IMG/VR virus record: IMGVR_UViG_3300019487_000019
Span: 99,924 to 163,923 of that record
Reading direction: 5' to 3' (one strand)
From: a virus
DNA length: 64,000 nucleotides
Below, piece by piece: positions 1 to 11,600 of the stretch. Within the stretch, counting starts at the first letter, position 1. Each line of letters begins with the position of its first letter. The notes below the pieces were generated by a model. It was given only the letters and a program-made list of their open reading frames with translations. It did not search any database and was not told the DNA's origin. A program made the position numbers and the translations under genes.

Positions 1-1
1 A

Positions 2-175
2 GCAATCGAAGCCACTTACAAAGAAGCGTATCGATTAACAGAAGAAACGGGACAACCTTATGAGGTTGATCATATCATTCCTCTGCGAGGGAAGAACGTC
101 TGCGGTTTGCATATTGCGGAGAATCTACAAATCTTACCCAAGGTAGAAAATGCTACTAAGAGTAATCGATTCTAG
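2..175 (+). CDS. HNH endonuclease, C-terminal fragment (5' end outside window)
   Basis: Manual translation from base 2: [57 protein letters not shown]. Contains the DHIIPL..G.H...NL......N..K HNH motif. Confidence 0.85.
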   Translation, partial: AIEATYKEAYRLTEETGQPYEVDHIIPLRGKNVCGLHIAENLQILPKVENATKSNRF

Positions 176-215
176 TACCGTTTGGATCAATCTTCGGAAC
201 ACCCCTCTACAAAAG

Positions 216-242
216 GAAAAGGCCGGAAAAACCGGCCTTTTC
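216..242. terminator. Bidirectional rho-independent terminator between convergent HNH and tail tube genes
   Basis: GAAAAGGCCGG-AAAAA-CCGGCCTTTTC, an 11-bp perfect inverted repeat whose outer arms are A/T runs, between convergent ORFs. Confidence 0.8.
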
Positions 243-260
243 GCAGGGACAAGACTGCTA

Positions 261-845
261 TTAACGGCCTGCACCACCTGTTGCAACACCAGGACCTTGT
301 GCATATCCACCAAGAAGCTGACGTGCATGGTCGAACGCGACGGATAGTTCGATCTGAATTGGATCACCAGTCGAATAATCGTTTTCATCAAAGTTTGCAT
401 TCTCAATCCAGCAACCTTCAACGGTCCATTTCTCAATAACTTGCTCGTTACCATCAAGCTGATCGATGTACGTAACGAATTTGTACAGGCTACCTTCACC
501 AGCTGCTGCAAGCCACTGACCTTCCGCACCAATCAACCACTGTTGTTTCTGTAGTTGAGCCTGGATAACGGCTGCTGCTGTGCCCGTTACATCGCTCTGA
601 ACAATCAGTGTCATTGGATCCCATGAATGCTTACCAGCGATGTAAGCAATTGAGTTATAGCGGTGTAGTTCGATTTTTGCAAAAGTTAGCTTTGGTCGTG
701 TAACGCGAATACACTGCATCGACACAGGGACGCTAGGAGTACCGCCACCCATGTTAGCGAATGTGACTCGCCAACGGTTTTTATGCATAGGGTGGAGAAT
801 ACCGCTGCCAACTTCTGGAATTCCGATGTCATTAATTGTTGCCAC
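261..845 (-). CDS. gp19: Tail tube protein (T4 gp19-like)
   Basis: 194 aa directly downstream of the sheath gene. Tube-like motifs RWRVTF, RP.LTF, AGKHSW, W...GCW...NF. Confidence 0.85.
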   Translation of the reverse strand: MATINDIGIPEVGSGILHPMHKNRWRVTFANMGGGTPSVPVSMQCIRVTRPKLTFAKIELHRYNSIAYIAGKHSWDPMTLIVQSDVTGTAAAVIQAQLQKQQWLIGAEGQWLAAAGEGSLYKFVTYIDQLDGNEQVIEKWTVEGCWIENANFDENDYSTGDPIQIELSVAFDHARQLLGGYAQGPGVATGGAGR

Positions 846-857
846 GTTTTTCTCCTA

Positions 858-2999
858 TTAAATCTCTGCACCTGTTGCAACGATGCGGATTGGGATGTAA
901 ATAAATTCAGCTGCACGTACTGGCTTCAGCGCCACGTCAATATACATCTCGTTTCGATCGATACGATCAGGAGTGTTGTTGCTTTCATCACAAACCGTTG
1001 CGAAGTCATACAAACCACGTTTAACAATCAAGTCGCCCAAGAATGCGTCAACAACCGCCTTCAAGTTATCTCGCGTCAGCTGATCGTTCGGTTCAAACAC
1101 AAAGCTCATTGTGTTCTTGCGCAGCTGACGCTTGACGTACATAACCAAACGTACAACGTTGATACGGTCGAGAGCACTTGCATCCGGTGCCGATGTTTTC
1201 TGGCCCCAGACAAGAATGCCGCGGCCCGGGAAGAATGTAATCGGATTGATGTTCGTGAAATATTTGTACAAGTTATCACGCTGGCCCTGGTTGAGGGCAA
1301 TTGGAGTGAATGTTGTAGCTGTTCCTAGAGTACCCGTTACGTAGCCAACATCTGTAACGCCCGAAACTAGACCACGTCGTGTACCTGCTGGTGCAAACCA
1401 AAATTCCGAGACTTCATCACTGTATGTAATCGTACGTAGTGCTGTACCTGATGCAGCAATGAACACGTTCTTACCGTCAAGATTTGACGCCAGTCCGTGT
1501 GGATAGTAATATGCAACATCACGAGAGGTTGTACGTGCCGTTGTTGCTGCCCATGCCACAACATCATCTGCATTCAAGTTGAATGGTGTATCTGCTACAA
1601 CCATTGCTTCTTCCTGAATATCGATACACAAGTTAAACATTTCGTCACTTGTTTCTGGATATCCTGGGCAAAGAATCAAGTTGTATTCGTATGTTTCACC
1701 ACGAATGTCAGTGTTGCTGTTGATCGAAGCTTGCAGTGCCGTAACAATAGCTGTACGACGTGCTGCATCGTTTGCACCGAGACTTGTTTTGTTCAAGAAT
1801 TCAATTGTGTACTTGAAGTCATCTTCAGCACCAAGAAGTGTATTCGAGGCTTCTGTTGGTGTCCATTCAGTTTCACGACCTGGTGTTGAGCCAAGCATAC
1901 CCGCAACCCAAGCTGCTGCAATGCCTGCCATGCCAAGATATCCTGGTGGAACTGGTGGCTGATCGTAACCGTTCGGGAACACAGCTAGAGGAGCTGCCGT
2001 TTGGTCATCAAAGAAGTCGTCATGCAGCAGTGGAACACCACGACTGAATGAGAACATTTGCCAAATTGGCGCCGTTGCGCTTTCGGCCAGTGACAACATT
2101 TCTGCGGATGTGACGGTGTATTTGTACAATGTATTACCACGTACCTGTGGGCCAAGACCACCAAATCCTGGTGGGCCAACAATTGCCGTCCAAACGTTTG
2201 CACCAAAGCCCGTAAACGTTACATCGATTTCGATTGTTGATGACAAACCAGTTGTTACGCTTGTGATACGAATGTTATCACCCGGACCAGCTGGGAGTGC
2301 TACGTTGCCAGCATACAAAGCTGCTGTTGCTGTGCCTGCCAAAATCACATTGATACGAGCAATTAAACCGGCAAATGTTGTTGCCTGGACGTCTGTAATA
2401 GAGCCTGTGATAGCAACACCATCAACAACTACACGCAAGCTATATGTACCAACAGGAAGGTTTGTTAGTGTTGCTGGGATTGTCAACGCAGCAAAGTTTG
2501 CACGCTGAAAACCTGCCGTTGCACCAGAAGCTGGTGTATAACCATTGCTTGTGTTGTATTCGTTGATGTATTGTGCTGTAATGTTCTCAAGAACGAATGC
2601 AGCCTCTTGCATCTTTTGATCCCACAGAGCACGAAGATCGTCGAGGTTGTCGTTCAAGTTGACATTTGCGCGAATGACATATGCAAGATCACCGATGCCA
2701 AGGTATTGATTCAGGGCAAAGAGACCATATTCATTACGTGCATCGCCATTTAGCGGACGGCCTTGATCGTCTTCAAGGAAGCGTGGAATACCATATAGTT
2801 CGGTACTTTGTTTCAAGGATGTAATTGTTCGAATTACATTGCTCTCAAATGTACCTGCCGCATCTGTTACGCCATCAGCTTGCTTCTTTTCGTCAGCCGT
2901 TGCAAGGAAAAGCATTGCAACAGTACGAGCAGCAGCAGGAATGAAAAAGCTTTCATCCGTGACTGTAACTTGGACACCAGGGGAGACCAAATTTGCCAT
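858..2999 (-). CDS. gp18: Tail sheath protein (T4 gp18-like)
   Basis: N-terminal LVSPGVQVT; C-terminal WFAPAG.RRG, WGQKT, LDRINVVRL, FEPND, CDESNNTP..IDRNE, AEFIYI, all typical of contractile sheaths. Confidence 0.97.
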   Translation of the reverse strand: MANLVSPGVQVTVTDESFFIPAAARTVAMLFLATADEKKQADGVTDAAGTFESNVIRTITSLKQSTELYGIPRFLEDDQGRPLNGDARNEYGLFALNQYLGIGDLAYVIRANVNLNDNLDDLRALWDQKMQEAAFVLENITAQYINEYNTSNGYTPASGATAGFQRANFAALTIPATLTNLPVGTYSLRVVVDGVAITGSITDVQATTFAGLIARINVILAGTATAALYAGNVALPAGPGDNIRITSVTTGLSSTIEIDVTFTGFGANVWTAIVGPPGFGGLGPQVRGNTLYKYTVTSAEMLSLAESATAPIWQMFSFSRGVPLLHDDFFDDQTAAPLAVFPNGYDQPPVPPGYLGMAGIAAAWVAGMLGSTPGRETEWTPTEASNTLLGAEDDFKYTIEFLNKTSLGANDAARRTAIVTALQASINSNTDIRGETYEYNLILCPGYPETSDEMFNLCIDIQEEAMVVADTPFNLNADDVVAWAATTARTTSRDVAYYYPHGLASNLDGKNVFIAASGTALRTITYSDEVSEFWFAPAGTRRGLVSGVTDVGYVTGTLGTATTFTPIALNQGQRDNLYKYFTNINPITFFPGRGILVWGQKTSAPDASALDRINVVRLVMYVKRQLRKNTMSFVFEPNDQLTRDNLKAVVDAFLGDLIVKRGLYDFATVCDESNNTPDRIDRNEMYIDVALKPVRAAEFIYIPIRIVATGAEI

Positions 3000-3069
3000 A
3001 GTAGACTCCTAAAAAGGCTATTGTTCTGATCTTATTTAGGAAAAGTGCCCCTGAACAGCATGAAAAACA

Positions 3070-4155
3070 TCATTGAACGGTCAGATCGCCCACATCCATA
3101 ATTAGCTGGTAATTGTTCGGCATTCTGCATAGACCATTAGGGGTAGCGAATGCAGGGATTGTTTCCTGAACCACAATTTCTGTATTCAAACCTACCAATG
3201 CCACGGAAACAACAGTAAACGGCGTAGTATCAACCAAACCAGTGTTTTGGGAGATTTGAATCGTGTTTCCCGCCTCTAGATTCGTCGTAAAATTACCAAG
3301 AACCGTCCACGTATTTGCAGCTGTGTTTACCCCTTGAACAGGTGTTGTTATTCCTTGGGCATCCAGTTCTTCAATGATGTCTAAACTGTTTTGAGTAGCT
3401 GTATTGACAACCCCAATTCGCATGAAAATCTTTTCGATGAAATCACGACGAACATCGGCTGGAGATTGCAAATAGATTGGCATCTTAAACGTCAGTGTGC
3501 TTTGAATGATTCGCCGATCTTGATTCGACGGAAAGTTCGTATTCATTGCTATATTCGTCAATTCAACATGCGTGATTTTTCCCATGTCAAACAGTGAATC
3601 ACTCGTTTGAATTTGCAACATTGGATCGAAGATCATAAGGATCTGCTCGAGCATTTGAAAGTGTTGATCTGTATTGCTTGCGTACAACTCAAGATCCAAT
3701 CCAAGCGCGAACGGAAATGCACGACGTTGATGAACGACTTTCACATCATCAGGAATTAATCCACCTGTTGGAGCATATGTCGTACGACGTTGCATGCCAA
3801 TTCCTGCTTGATATTCCTTTAGGAAGTCAAGATCCTTCATGTATGCACTCATTATTGGGAGACGCAACAGCTTGTTCTGTGTGTTTTCGGCCTTGAGCGC
3901 TGCCATGACTCGATCTTTGTGGCCATAATGAATCGGAACTGTAATTAAACGATTGTCTTCAACAACAGGCTCCGTCGTTGTCGTGCCATCGCAGTTTTCG
4001 ACATCAGTGGTCCCAGTCTGTCGCTTTCCAACGCTAACCTGAAGGCCAGTAAAGATCGCCATAAACTGCAGAATATAACTACGCAACTGACGATCGTAGT
4101 AATATGCCAGTGTTGGTCGTCCAGTTTGTTGTGTCCTTTTGTAATAATTTGGCAT
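3070..4155 (-). CDS. gp15: Tail completion / sheath stabiliser (gp15-like) with C-terminal beta-rich module
   Basis: YYYD.QLR.YI.QF..IF, VPI.YG, LP..S, Q.LEQIL..F.P motifs. Probable start is the ATG at 4155 (MPNYYK), which overlaps the upstream stop. Confidence 0.8.
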   Translation of the reverse strand: MPNYYKRTQQTGRPTLAYYYDRQLRSYILQFMAIFTGLQVSVGKRQTGTTDVENCDGTTTTEPVVEDNRLITVPIHYGHKDRVMAALKAENTQNKLLRLPIMSAYMKDLDFLKEYQAGIGMQRRTTYAPTGGLIPDDVKVVHQRRAFPFALGLDLELYASNTDQHFQMLEQILMIFDPMLQIQTSDSLFDMGKITHVELTNIAMNTNFPSNQDRRIIQSTLTFKMPIYLQSPADVRRDFIEKIFMRIGVVNTATQNSLDIIEELDAQGITTPVQGVNTAANTWTVLGNFTTNLEAGNTIQISQNTGLVDTTPFTVVSVALVGLNTEIVVQETIPAFATPNGLCRMPNNYQLIMDVGDLTVQ

Positions 4156-4493
4156 TAGAGTCCCTTTTGCAGAGCGAGCCTTTCCTTTGTGTCCAGGATC
4201 CACTTCTGTATATAGATGATGTCCTCGAGCGTAGTATCCACGTCGTAAATTTGGAGTTTGATTAACTCCAAGTCACTACGAAGATCGAAGGCCTGTTTTC
4301 CATCGCTGTCTATTTCATCAGAAAAACGATCATGATAATACTCACGTTTCTTACTAAGGAGGTCGTGTTTTTCTTCTAGGTCCTTTTGAATTTGATCAAT
4401 CTCTTTTACGGCTCGGGGGCCAAACTTTTGAATCAAGCTCTCCACTCGATGCCGAATATACATAGGGAGGATTACATCTTTTATGTGCATCAT
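4155..4493 (-). CDS. Hypothetical protein (helical)
   Basis: 112-aa ORF coupled to both neighbours by overlapping start/stop codons. Confidence 0.6.
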   Translation of the reverse strand: MMHIKDVILPMYIRHRVESLIQKFGPRAVKEIDQIQKDLEEKHDLLSKKREYYHDRFSDEIDSDGKQAFDLRSDLELIKLQIYDVDTTLEDIIYIQKWILDTKERLALQKGL

Positions 4494-6142
4494 CGAATCT
4501 CCCGAGCAGATTTCTTACCGGGAGCAACGAGATATTCATCAAGGATTGCCTTCTCGGAGTTGTATTGAGCGCGACGATCTGTTTCCATGTAAACCCAGTA
4601 TCCCTTGGCGTCCTCCCACCGATACAAACGCGCCGGAACATCTTTTGCTAGACCCGTATAAATCAAGCGGAAATATTCCTTATCAACACCCGTTCCAGGT
4701 AGAACTACTCCCTCCGTATACGGAGCATTGTTTTCCGGAATAGCATCTTCAACATACAAGCCTGTTGGATGCAATCCAATCTTATTCAATTGTGGGAAGC
4801 CATCTTGTGCTGCTGTTTCCAGCTCGTCGGGCTCAAAGCGGCGAACAGTATTTGACCCTTCGCTTCCACGTTCTGCAACCTCAGTCAGAGCTTCATTGTG
4901 AATTGTTTGTGAAATGTCGCTGTAGTCTTGATCGATTGGATGATTGCCGTCATCATTGTCAAACAATCCAGACGAATCAACATTCGCAGCAAGATCACCA
5001 AACAAGTCTTGTGTTTCTTGTGTGTGCATTGCTGGCTGAGTTGTCACGAGAAGCATTGTTGGTTGCCAACCAGGCGTATAAGAGTTCGGATCCCATGTGA
5101 CGTCAGTTACTTCAAGAAAACGCTTGATTGGTTTTAATTCAGGTGTATACTGTGTTTCGCTTGGGAGCTCAATATGGTCTCCAATGATGATTGGACGACC
5201 AAGTAAACCAACACAAGCATTGAAATTCATCTTAATTTGATACGTTGACGCAGGAATCTCAATACCAAATTTCGCTAAGTCTGTCGCCACGTTTACTAGA
5301 TCGTAATAACCTTTCAGTGTAACTGCCTGTGTTGCATAGCGGCGATCGCGAATTTCAAACAACACCTTGTCTTGATTGTTATCCTCTCGTGTCAATTGAT
5401 AATCAATCAATTCGAGTGCCTTGACAGTCCACCAGTCACCAGGAACGCCTCCAGTTGTATCACACGTCGCTCCGTTGAAAGCTAGTGGTCGGAGTCTCCA
5501 GTATCGGCTTGGAACAGAATGCTTGAAATGAATCGTATTCAATTTATCATTGTCGGGTAGATTGATGATGGCGACCCCATACCACGTTGTGCCTGTATCA
5601 CTTCGTTCCACACGAACCTTCGTTACACGATTGGCCGCATTACTCCCTTGCTTGATTCGAATAGTTGTGATGTGCTGACGAATACTCGTGTCAATACCGT
5701 AACGAGCTCGACCCGTTGAGATCTTAATGATACCAAAGTCGTAGCCTAGATATCCTGTTTGCGTTACAGCAATACCATTCTGAGCTGATCGCCACTCGGC
5801 AGCAAACGTTGTAAAGGCATTTTCTGCTGGAAATCCTGAATAGTCTCCACCCGAAATCGCATTCCCATCACCCGTCAAGTCAACAAGCTTCGTTTGTTCC
5901 TGGACGCCAAGGAGCTTAAACACTCGAACTTGAGCTCCAGCAATATTCAGCGCCTCTTGTGTGAGACTATCGATATAGCACTGTGTTCGTGGTTGGTTCG
6001 TTAAGTCCCACGGACGACAAGTCGACCAATCACTTGGTGCTGGACAAAAGATGGATGAATCGCTGGGTGGCGTAGGTGTCGGTACTGGAGGTGGAGTCTC
6101 CGCACTTGGCGTACCTACTTTTGGAACACATGATTCAGTCAT
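4490..6142 (-). CDS. gp14: Neck / head-closure protein (gp14-like) with inserted discoidin (F5/8-type) domain
   Basis: E.L.I.G..V.V.K, QD.VLFE.RDR.Y, DL..FG, LGR.I..GD..ELP motifs. The internal segment WRS..YLGYDFG..SRYWRLRP..W.V..LEL looks discoidin-like. Lies between gp13 and gp15 homologues. Confidence 0.75.
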   Translation of the reverse strand: MTESCVPKVGTPSAETPPPVPTPTPPSDSSIFCPAPSDWSTCRPWDLTNQPRTQCYIDSLTQEALNIAGAQVRVFKLLGVQEQTKLVDLTGDGNAISGGDYSGFPAENAFTTFAAEWRSAQNGIAVTQTGYLGYDFGIIKISTGRARYGIDTSIRQHITTIRIKQGSNAANRVTKVRVERSDTGTTWYGVAIINLPDNDKLNTIHFKHSVPSRYWRLRPLAFNGATCDTTGGVPGDWWTVKALELIDYQLTREDNNQDKVLFEIRDRRYATQAVTLKGYYDLVNVATDLAKFGIEIPASTYQIKMNFNACVGLLGRPIIIGDHIELPSETQYTPELKPIKRFLEVTDVTWDPNSYTPGWQPTMLLVTTQPAMHTQETQDLFGDLAANVDSSGLFDNDDGNHPIDQDYSDISQTIHNEALTEVAERGSEGSNTVRRFEPDELETAAQDGFPQLNKIGLHPTGLYVEDAIPENNAPYTEGVVLPGTGVDKEYFRLIYTGLAKDVPARLYRWEDAKGYWVYMETDRRAQYNSEKAILDEYLVAPGKKSAREIR

Positions 6143-6161
6143 TTACAGACCCCTAAAACGC

Positions 6162-6188
6162 AAATACCCTGGTTTTGCCAGGGTATTT
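6162..6188 (-). terminator. Hairpin terminator overlapping a late promoter motif
   Basis: Minus strand AAATACCCTGG-CAAAA-CCAGGGTATTT then GCGTTTT. TAAATA (6184-6189) lies in the 5' arm. Confidence 0.6.
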
Positions 6189-6216
6189 ATCGCTGCTTGG
6201 AGAAGCAAATTACTAA

Positions 6217-8055
6217 TTACAGACCACGTGCAAGTGTTTGTGGTGGGTTGTTTGTGCCTGCGCTCGTGTCATTAGCTACAACACGACTTGCATCACCAGC
6301 AACAAAATAACGCCATGCAGCACCATCCCAGTACAACATACCAACAACGCACTCGCCACGAGACTGTGGACGCAGTTCTTTTTCGAACGACGAACCACCA
6401 TCACTTGTGAACAACGGACCATAACCTGTTGGACCAAAAATGAACTGACCCATGCCAAGACGGCCGCCTACTGGCGAACGTGCTAGAACTTCTAGCCAGT
6501 TAGCGTAGGAAACACCATTGAACATTTCAGGGAACGACAAGCCTACAACTGCTGCGTTTACGCCAGGTGTTGCAAACCCGTCAACATTCCATGTTGACAC
6601 GTCTGTGTCGCCACGTGGATCAACAACATCAAGAGCGGCTGCAATTGCACGGAACAGGTCTGGGTTTACACCAGCTGTTGGAATTGTAACTTCGACTTGT
6701 GTGTTGAAACCTGTGTTAACTTCACTGATCAAGAACTTGTTACCAATCGCGATTACGAGCTCGTCACCATCTGTTGTAGCTGCTTGCAGAGCTGTTTCGA
6801 GGCTTGCTGCAATAACTGTCATACTGTCAGCAGCTGTTACAGCAACTGTGACTGTGACCGTTTCGCGAACTGGACCAGTACTGTCTGATACAGTAATTGT
6901 TGCATCATAGTTACCTGCTGGAACTGCTGGAACTGTTGCAGGTAGAACTGCTAATGCATTAACACGATTGAAGTTCACAACACCGTAACCTGCCTGCGCT
7001 GCATCAAGTACTCCACCGAATGCTACCAGAGCGGCAACGATACCGTTCGATGCACCGTCTGTGAGGACCAACGACGAATCAGCACCAGCAAGCATATCAC
7101 CTGTTGCTGTTGGTGTGAATGGAGTGTTTGAATTCAACACTTGGAAGTACAAACGAGGTGGTTGTGTTGCGTTAAGACCTTCGCGGAATGCACAGTAAAC
7201 TGGAAGACCTGCTGCTGCGATACCTGCATTGATGGCTGCAACCAACTGATCAAACGGTGCACCAGTTGTTTGTGGAATGCCCAAATTGATAAACACTGTA
7301 ACGTTGCCAGCGCCATTTACATTCAAACGAAGCTCATATGTTGTTGTGCGGCTCAATCCTGTCTCCGTAAACATGCTTGGAGCGCCTGTTGGGACTGCGA
7401 TAGAAGCTGCTGCGTTGACCCAGTCTTGATGTGATGTTGCAACACTGTCAAGGAAACGGTCAACAACTCCTGCAACATCACGCTGTAGGTTTGTCCAATC
7501 ACGAAGTTTATTCCAGAGCAAATACTTTGTATTACCACGTACACTCTCACCTACACGATTTACTGAACCAGCAATAGCGAACCAACCGCGTGTGCTGTCG
7601 TAGTTCGTTACGCCGTAGTGCGCAATATCAGGTGTTGCTGTGCTTGTATCACCACGAAGGCCTGCAAACAGGAAGTTTGCGCCTGTGTCGCTCACGAATA
7701 CAGAGCTTACTGCACCGGTTGTTGTGCTTGTGATAACGATTTCGTCACCTTCAAGTACTACTGCTGCAGATAGGTCTGTGTTAAGTTCTGTTACAAGAGT
7801 AGCAATCGTTTGAGCTGCGGAACCAACGATAGAAACGGCTTCGGTTAAACCATCAACAATAACTGTTGCAGTGTATACGGTTGCGTCGTTTGCTAGACCA
7901 GTTGGGGAAGAGTCGCCACCTGGAAAGTTCGGACCAAGTTTGATGCGGCAAGAGCCAGCTGTCGCCAGAAGAGGAAGACCAAGTTCTTCCCATCGGTTCC
8001 AGGTAGCGTCCACCTCAACAAATGGTGATGGAACATTAGGAACTGTTACTGTCAT
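6217..8055 (-). CDS. Putative virion structural/decoration protein with repeated beta-rich module
   Basis: 612 aa, A/T/V/G-rich, with three copies of a module also found in the sheath, gp6 and others. Exact TATAAATA and an AGGAG RBS upstream. Confidence 0.65.
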   Translation of the reverse strand: MTVTVPNVPSPFVEVDATWNRWEELGLPLLATAGSCRIKLGPNFPGGDSSPTGLANDATVYTATVIVDGLTEAVSIVGSAAQTIATLVTELNTDLSAAVVLEGDEIVITSTTTGAVSSVFVSDTGANFLFAGLRGDTSTATPDIAHYGVTNYDSTRGWFAIAGSVNRVGESVRGNTKYLLWNKLRDWTNLQRDVAGVVDRFLDSVATSHQDWVNAAASIAVPTGAPSMFTETGLSRTTTYELRLNVNGAGNVTVFINLGIPQTTGAPFDQLVAAINAGIAAAGLPVYCAFREGLNATQPPRLYFQVLNSNTPFTPTATGDMLAGADSSLVLTDGASNGIVAALVAFGGVLDAAQAGYGVVNFNRVNALAVLPATVPAVPAGNYDATITVSDSTGPVRETVTVTVAVTAADSMTVIAASLETALQAATTDGDELVIAIGNKFLISEVNTGFNTQVEVTIPTAGVNPDLFRAIAAALDVVDPRGDTDVSTWNVDGFATPGVNAAVVGLSFPEMFNGVSYANWLEVLARSPVGGRLGMGQFIFGPTGYGPLFTSDGGSSFEKELRPQSRGECVVGMLYWDGAAWRYFVAGDASRVVANDTSAGTNNPPQTLARGL

Positions 8056-8090
8056 TTTTTATTCTCCTAAAAAGAAATGAACTGCGAAGT

Positions 8091-8098
8091 TATTTATA
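8091..8098 (-). promoter_or_regulatory. T4-type late promoter TATAAATA
   Basis: Exact T4 late consensus about 35 nt upstream of the ATG at 8055. Confidence 0.8.
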
Positions 8099-8105
8099 GG
8101 GGTTA

Positions 8106-8630
8106 TCAGTTTTTCGGCAGTATTTGCTCCAGAGCGATTTTCACCGCCGGGAGATTGTGCAAACGCTTTGTTTTTCCACGAGAAAATCCCAACGGATCTA
8201 GAGAGTAATCTTTCAATTCCGTTTCAATTTTCTGCTCAAGTAGGAGAGCCTCTTTCAAAGACATATAACGTAAGTACCAAACAGTGTTATTTGTCTTGCG
8301 TTGTTTAATGCTTTTTGTCGTGACACCGACCTCAAGATGCTCACCAACGTCTGCAACGTACAGCAAGGCTGGCGCATATGCTCTTTCTGGCCGCTCAATC
8401 ATCCACTCCATAGAAAAACGCTCATGCTTACCTTTGCGTTGGTTTGCACACTGTGGACAATGTTGCTTCTGGTTAACGTGGTTCTGTGGTCGCTGAAAGA
8501 ACGGACCATGAACATGGCAGACTATTACGATTTTCTTTGTGCTTCTTTCGTAAACTACTTTTGTATAATCGTATCGGTCGCCATGAACTTCTTTTGCACG
8601 TTGTATGAATGTTTGCGTATTAAGTTTCAT
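8106..8630 (-). CDS. Homing-endonuclease-like protein (DUF723-type Zn repeat), possibly degenerate
   Basis: FI.RAK.VHGDRYDY..V.Y......I.C..HG.F.Q.P..H......CP.C module. Paralogous to 55174..56094 but with a single repeat. Confidence 0.7.
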   Translation of the reverse strand: MKLNTQTFIQRAKEVHGDRYDYTKVVYERSTKKIVIVCHVHGPFFQRPQNHVNQKQHCPQCANQRKGKHERFSMEWMIERPERAYAPALLYVADVGEHLEVGVTTKSIKQRKTNNTVWYLRYMSLKEALLLEQKIETELKDYSLDPLGFSRGKTKRLHNLPAVKIALEQILPKN

Positions 8631-8632
8631 GC

Positions 8633-11600
8633 TTAGCCAAGAATCATGGTGCTTCCACTACCGTATTCTTCCGGATTGTCGTGAATATAATCTTCAAGGT
8701 CTTTCAGGCAGAGGGCAATTTCTTCAACGCCTGCGGACCGAAGATCACTAGCATTCAACGATACCCCTCCCGATGCACCTGGTAGTGTACTAAACTTACC
8801 GCGAATTTCTGCAAGCGCAATACGTGATTGTGCTAGGGCATAACGACGAATCCAAGGTTTGGTCCAACGATCGCTCAACAAGTCTTGTTCTGTACGTTCG
8901 ACGGACGCCTCAATCAATACCATTCGCTCCGCAAACGGGAAACGATGATGCAAGAACAACTCTCGCGTTTGCTCATTCCACGTAAACGTAATACGGGCCG
9001 CAAACAAGATTTCCATTAACTCAACATATTCAGCAATCAAGTGGTAGCTCAATAGATCAAACGTGCCCATGTTGTACAAATGTTGCAAAACGATCTGACC
9101 ATATACGCCAGCGCCGTGTGCTGAACTCAAGAATGCTGACGTCATACGGTATACACCCATCACTTGAACAATTTTATTGTAGCCTGTTGCTTTATTGGAC
9201 AGGGTGTAGCGTTGTGTCTCCGGCTGAATTTGCATAAAGAAGTAGCCACGCCGATACGCAATACCGGTTCGAGCACGAAGTTCGTCAAGCGCCTTTTGAA
9301 TAAAGTAATCGAGCTGTTCTTGCATTAGCTCAACATCAATTGTTGGATATCCCAGCTGGAAACGAATCTCACTCATCAATTCCCGACGTTCATCCGCCGA
9401 ACCATCCGTACCAACTCCCAATTGCTTGTACATTGGTTCCCCGGAAATCTCATCTCCCCCTGGCTGCGGATTTCCAAAGCTTGTTTGTACATCTAGAGAC
9501 ATCCATAGTGTGCCAGGACCATTAGGTCCAGGTACCCACACAGGATAACCAAACTCCAATGAATTTGTTAACACACGACCATCGACAGAAATAAAGGACG
9601 AGCTGCCCATGTTTGTGTCTGTGAACAATAAGTTGCCATTGCAATCGAGCTCAACCATTGCAATTCCAGGGCTCACGACCCACTGTGTGCCGTCCCATGT
9701 CATCACTTGATTATCACCTTGGTTGAACCAGCAATCACCTTTCAGTGGTGTTGGTGGAACTGTGACATACATTAGGTTCACCCACGTTGCACCGTTCCAA
9801 AGGTTCAGTGTGTTGTTCATTGTGTTGAACCAATATGTGCCAGCTGCGATCAACGATGGATCAATTTCAGAAATCGTTGGGATGAACGGAACCCACATTG
9901 CACCATCCCAGTAGTACCAGTTCGTTCCATCGAACCATACTGTTCCGGTTGGCATTAATGTTGATGGATCCACAGGCAAGAAAATATATTCCGTCTGCAC
10001 CCAGCAACCATTTATCCACACATAGATCACAAGTGTAATTGGATTCAACCAATAAGAGCCTTCTGTGATCGTTGGAGGAATGGTTGGATCGGTTTCTTGC
10101 TGGAAGAAATCGTTCACAAGCACCCATGTGTTCGATACGTTGTTCCAAACAAACAACTCGTCTGTGATTGTATTCCACCACAAGTCGCACGATACTCGGT
10201 TGCGTGGGTCGGAACCGAACGTAATTACGTCTGGTAGAAGGACCCACATTACGCCGTCCCACTGTTGCAGGACTTCTGTGATAGGATTATACCAATACGT
10301 ACCAGGGCCAGGAAGTGTAGGTGTTGTTTCTTGAATACGAACGTTTACCTGCGCAACCCATGTAATACCATTCCACTGATACAACGTCATCGTTGTTGTG
10401 TTGAACCAGTAGAAACCAACCGGCAAAGCACTTGGATCGACCGTTGACTTGATAACGTTGGTCAAGAGCCAGATATCAAGATTGTCGTCCCACTTATACA
10501 TCTGCTTCGTTGAGGCTTTGTACCAGTACGAACCACACGGTGCCGGATATTGCAGCGAAGGATCCAGAGTGTTTACATACGTAATAACATCACACCACGC
10601 TAGACCATTCCACTTATGGATTGAGGTACCGTCATACCAGATTGTTTTATCGCAAATTGGTTGTGTTGGATCGGTCGAAAACTTAATGACAGTTTGAACG
10701 ATCCAGGCAACACCATCCCAACGATATAGTATGTCGATCGATGATTTGTACCAATATGTTCCGACGGCAATTAGGTTAGGAGCTGTTGGTTGAACATAGA
10801 CAGGAAGTTCGTTTAGTGTGTAGCCATCCCACTGATACAGTTTCTGAGCAACAGCATTCCAGTAATACACCCCAGCATTCGGTGGTAGTGGGCTTGCAGG
10901 GCATCCTGTGAGCAAACCAAATTGTTCATTGATAGCATTAACAAGATCAGCATACGTTAGAGCATCTTCGCCCTGAATCTTGACTTCAAACGTCGTCGGT
11001 TTCGAAATACACGCGGACGGCGGAAGTGGAATATGTGGTTGTGAAGCTAGAGAACCCAGACCTAGCGACGCAGAGAATGTATATTCGACATTGTTGACCA
11101 AACCTGTGTAGTCAGTTGGCAAGACGCCCTGTGTTCCATCATTTTTAACGAGCAAAACGGCTTGTGTTGAAGATGTTGCATCTGTCTTTGGGCCTTTAAA
11201 GTCCAAAGAAAAGCCGTGAACACCTTCTTGAAAGTAGCGAAACTCACAGTCAACAGGAAAGCCCGAAACATATAGTGGTGTGTTCGGTGTAAGGCCCGTA
11301 ATGTCAAAGAATGTCGTTGTGCGATCTTGGTAGAACGCACCTACAACAAGGGCTGTACCAAGCTTGTCGCCTGCAAAAAGATTTCGATCAATTGTTGGAT
11401 CGGATGTATAGACTTCTCCATTGATGGGCAGCTTCGAAATATCAGGTGCTGTGTTATCTGCTGTGACAACAATGCCACAGTATGCCTGTGTTTCTGCCGT
11501 ACAGCCAGCAGCAGGTGTCGGAATATTCCAACTGATTCGTGCCGTTGAATTACTTGTTCGTTCGACTTTGAGCGTAATGTTCAACGACTCATATCGAAGC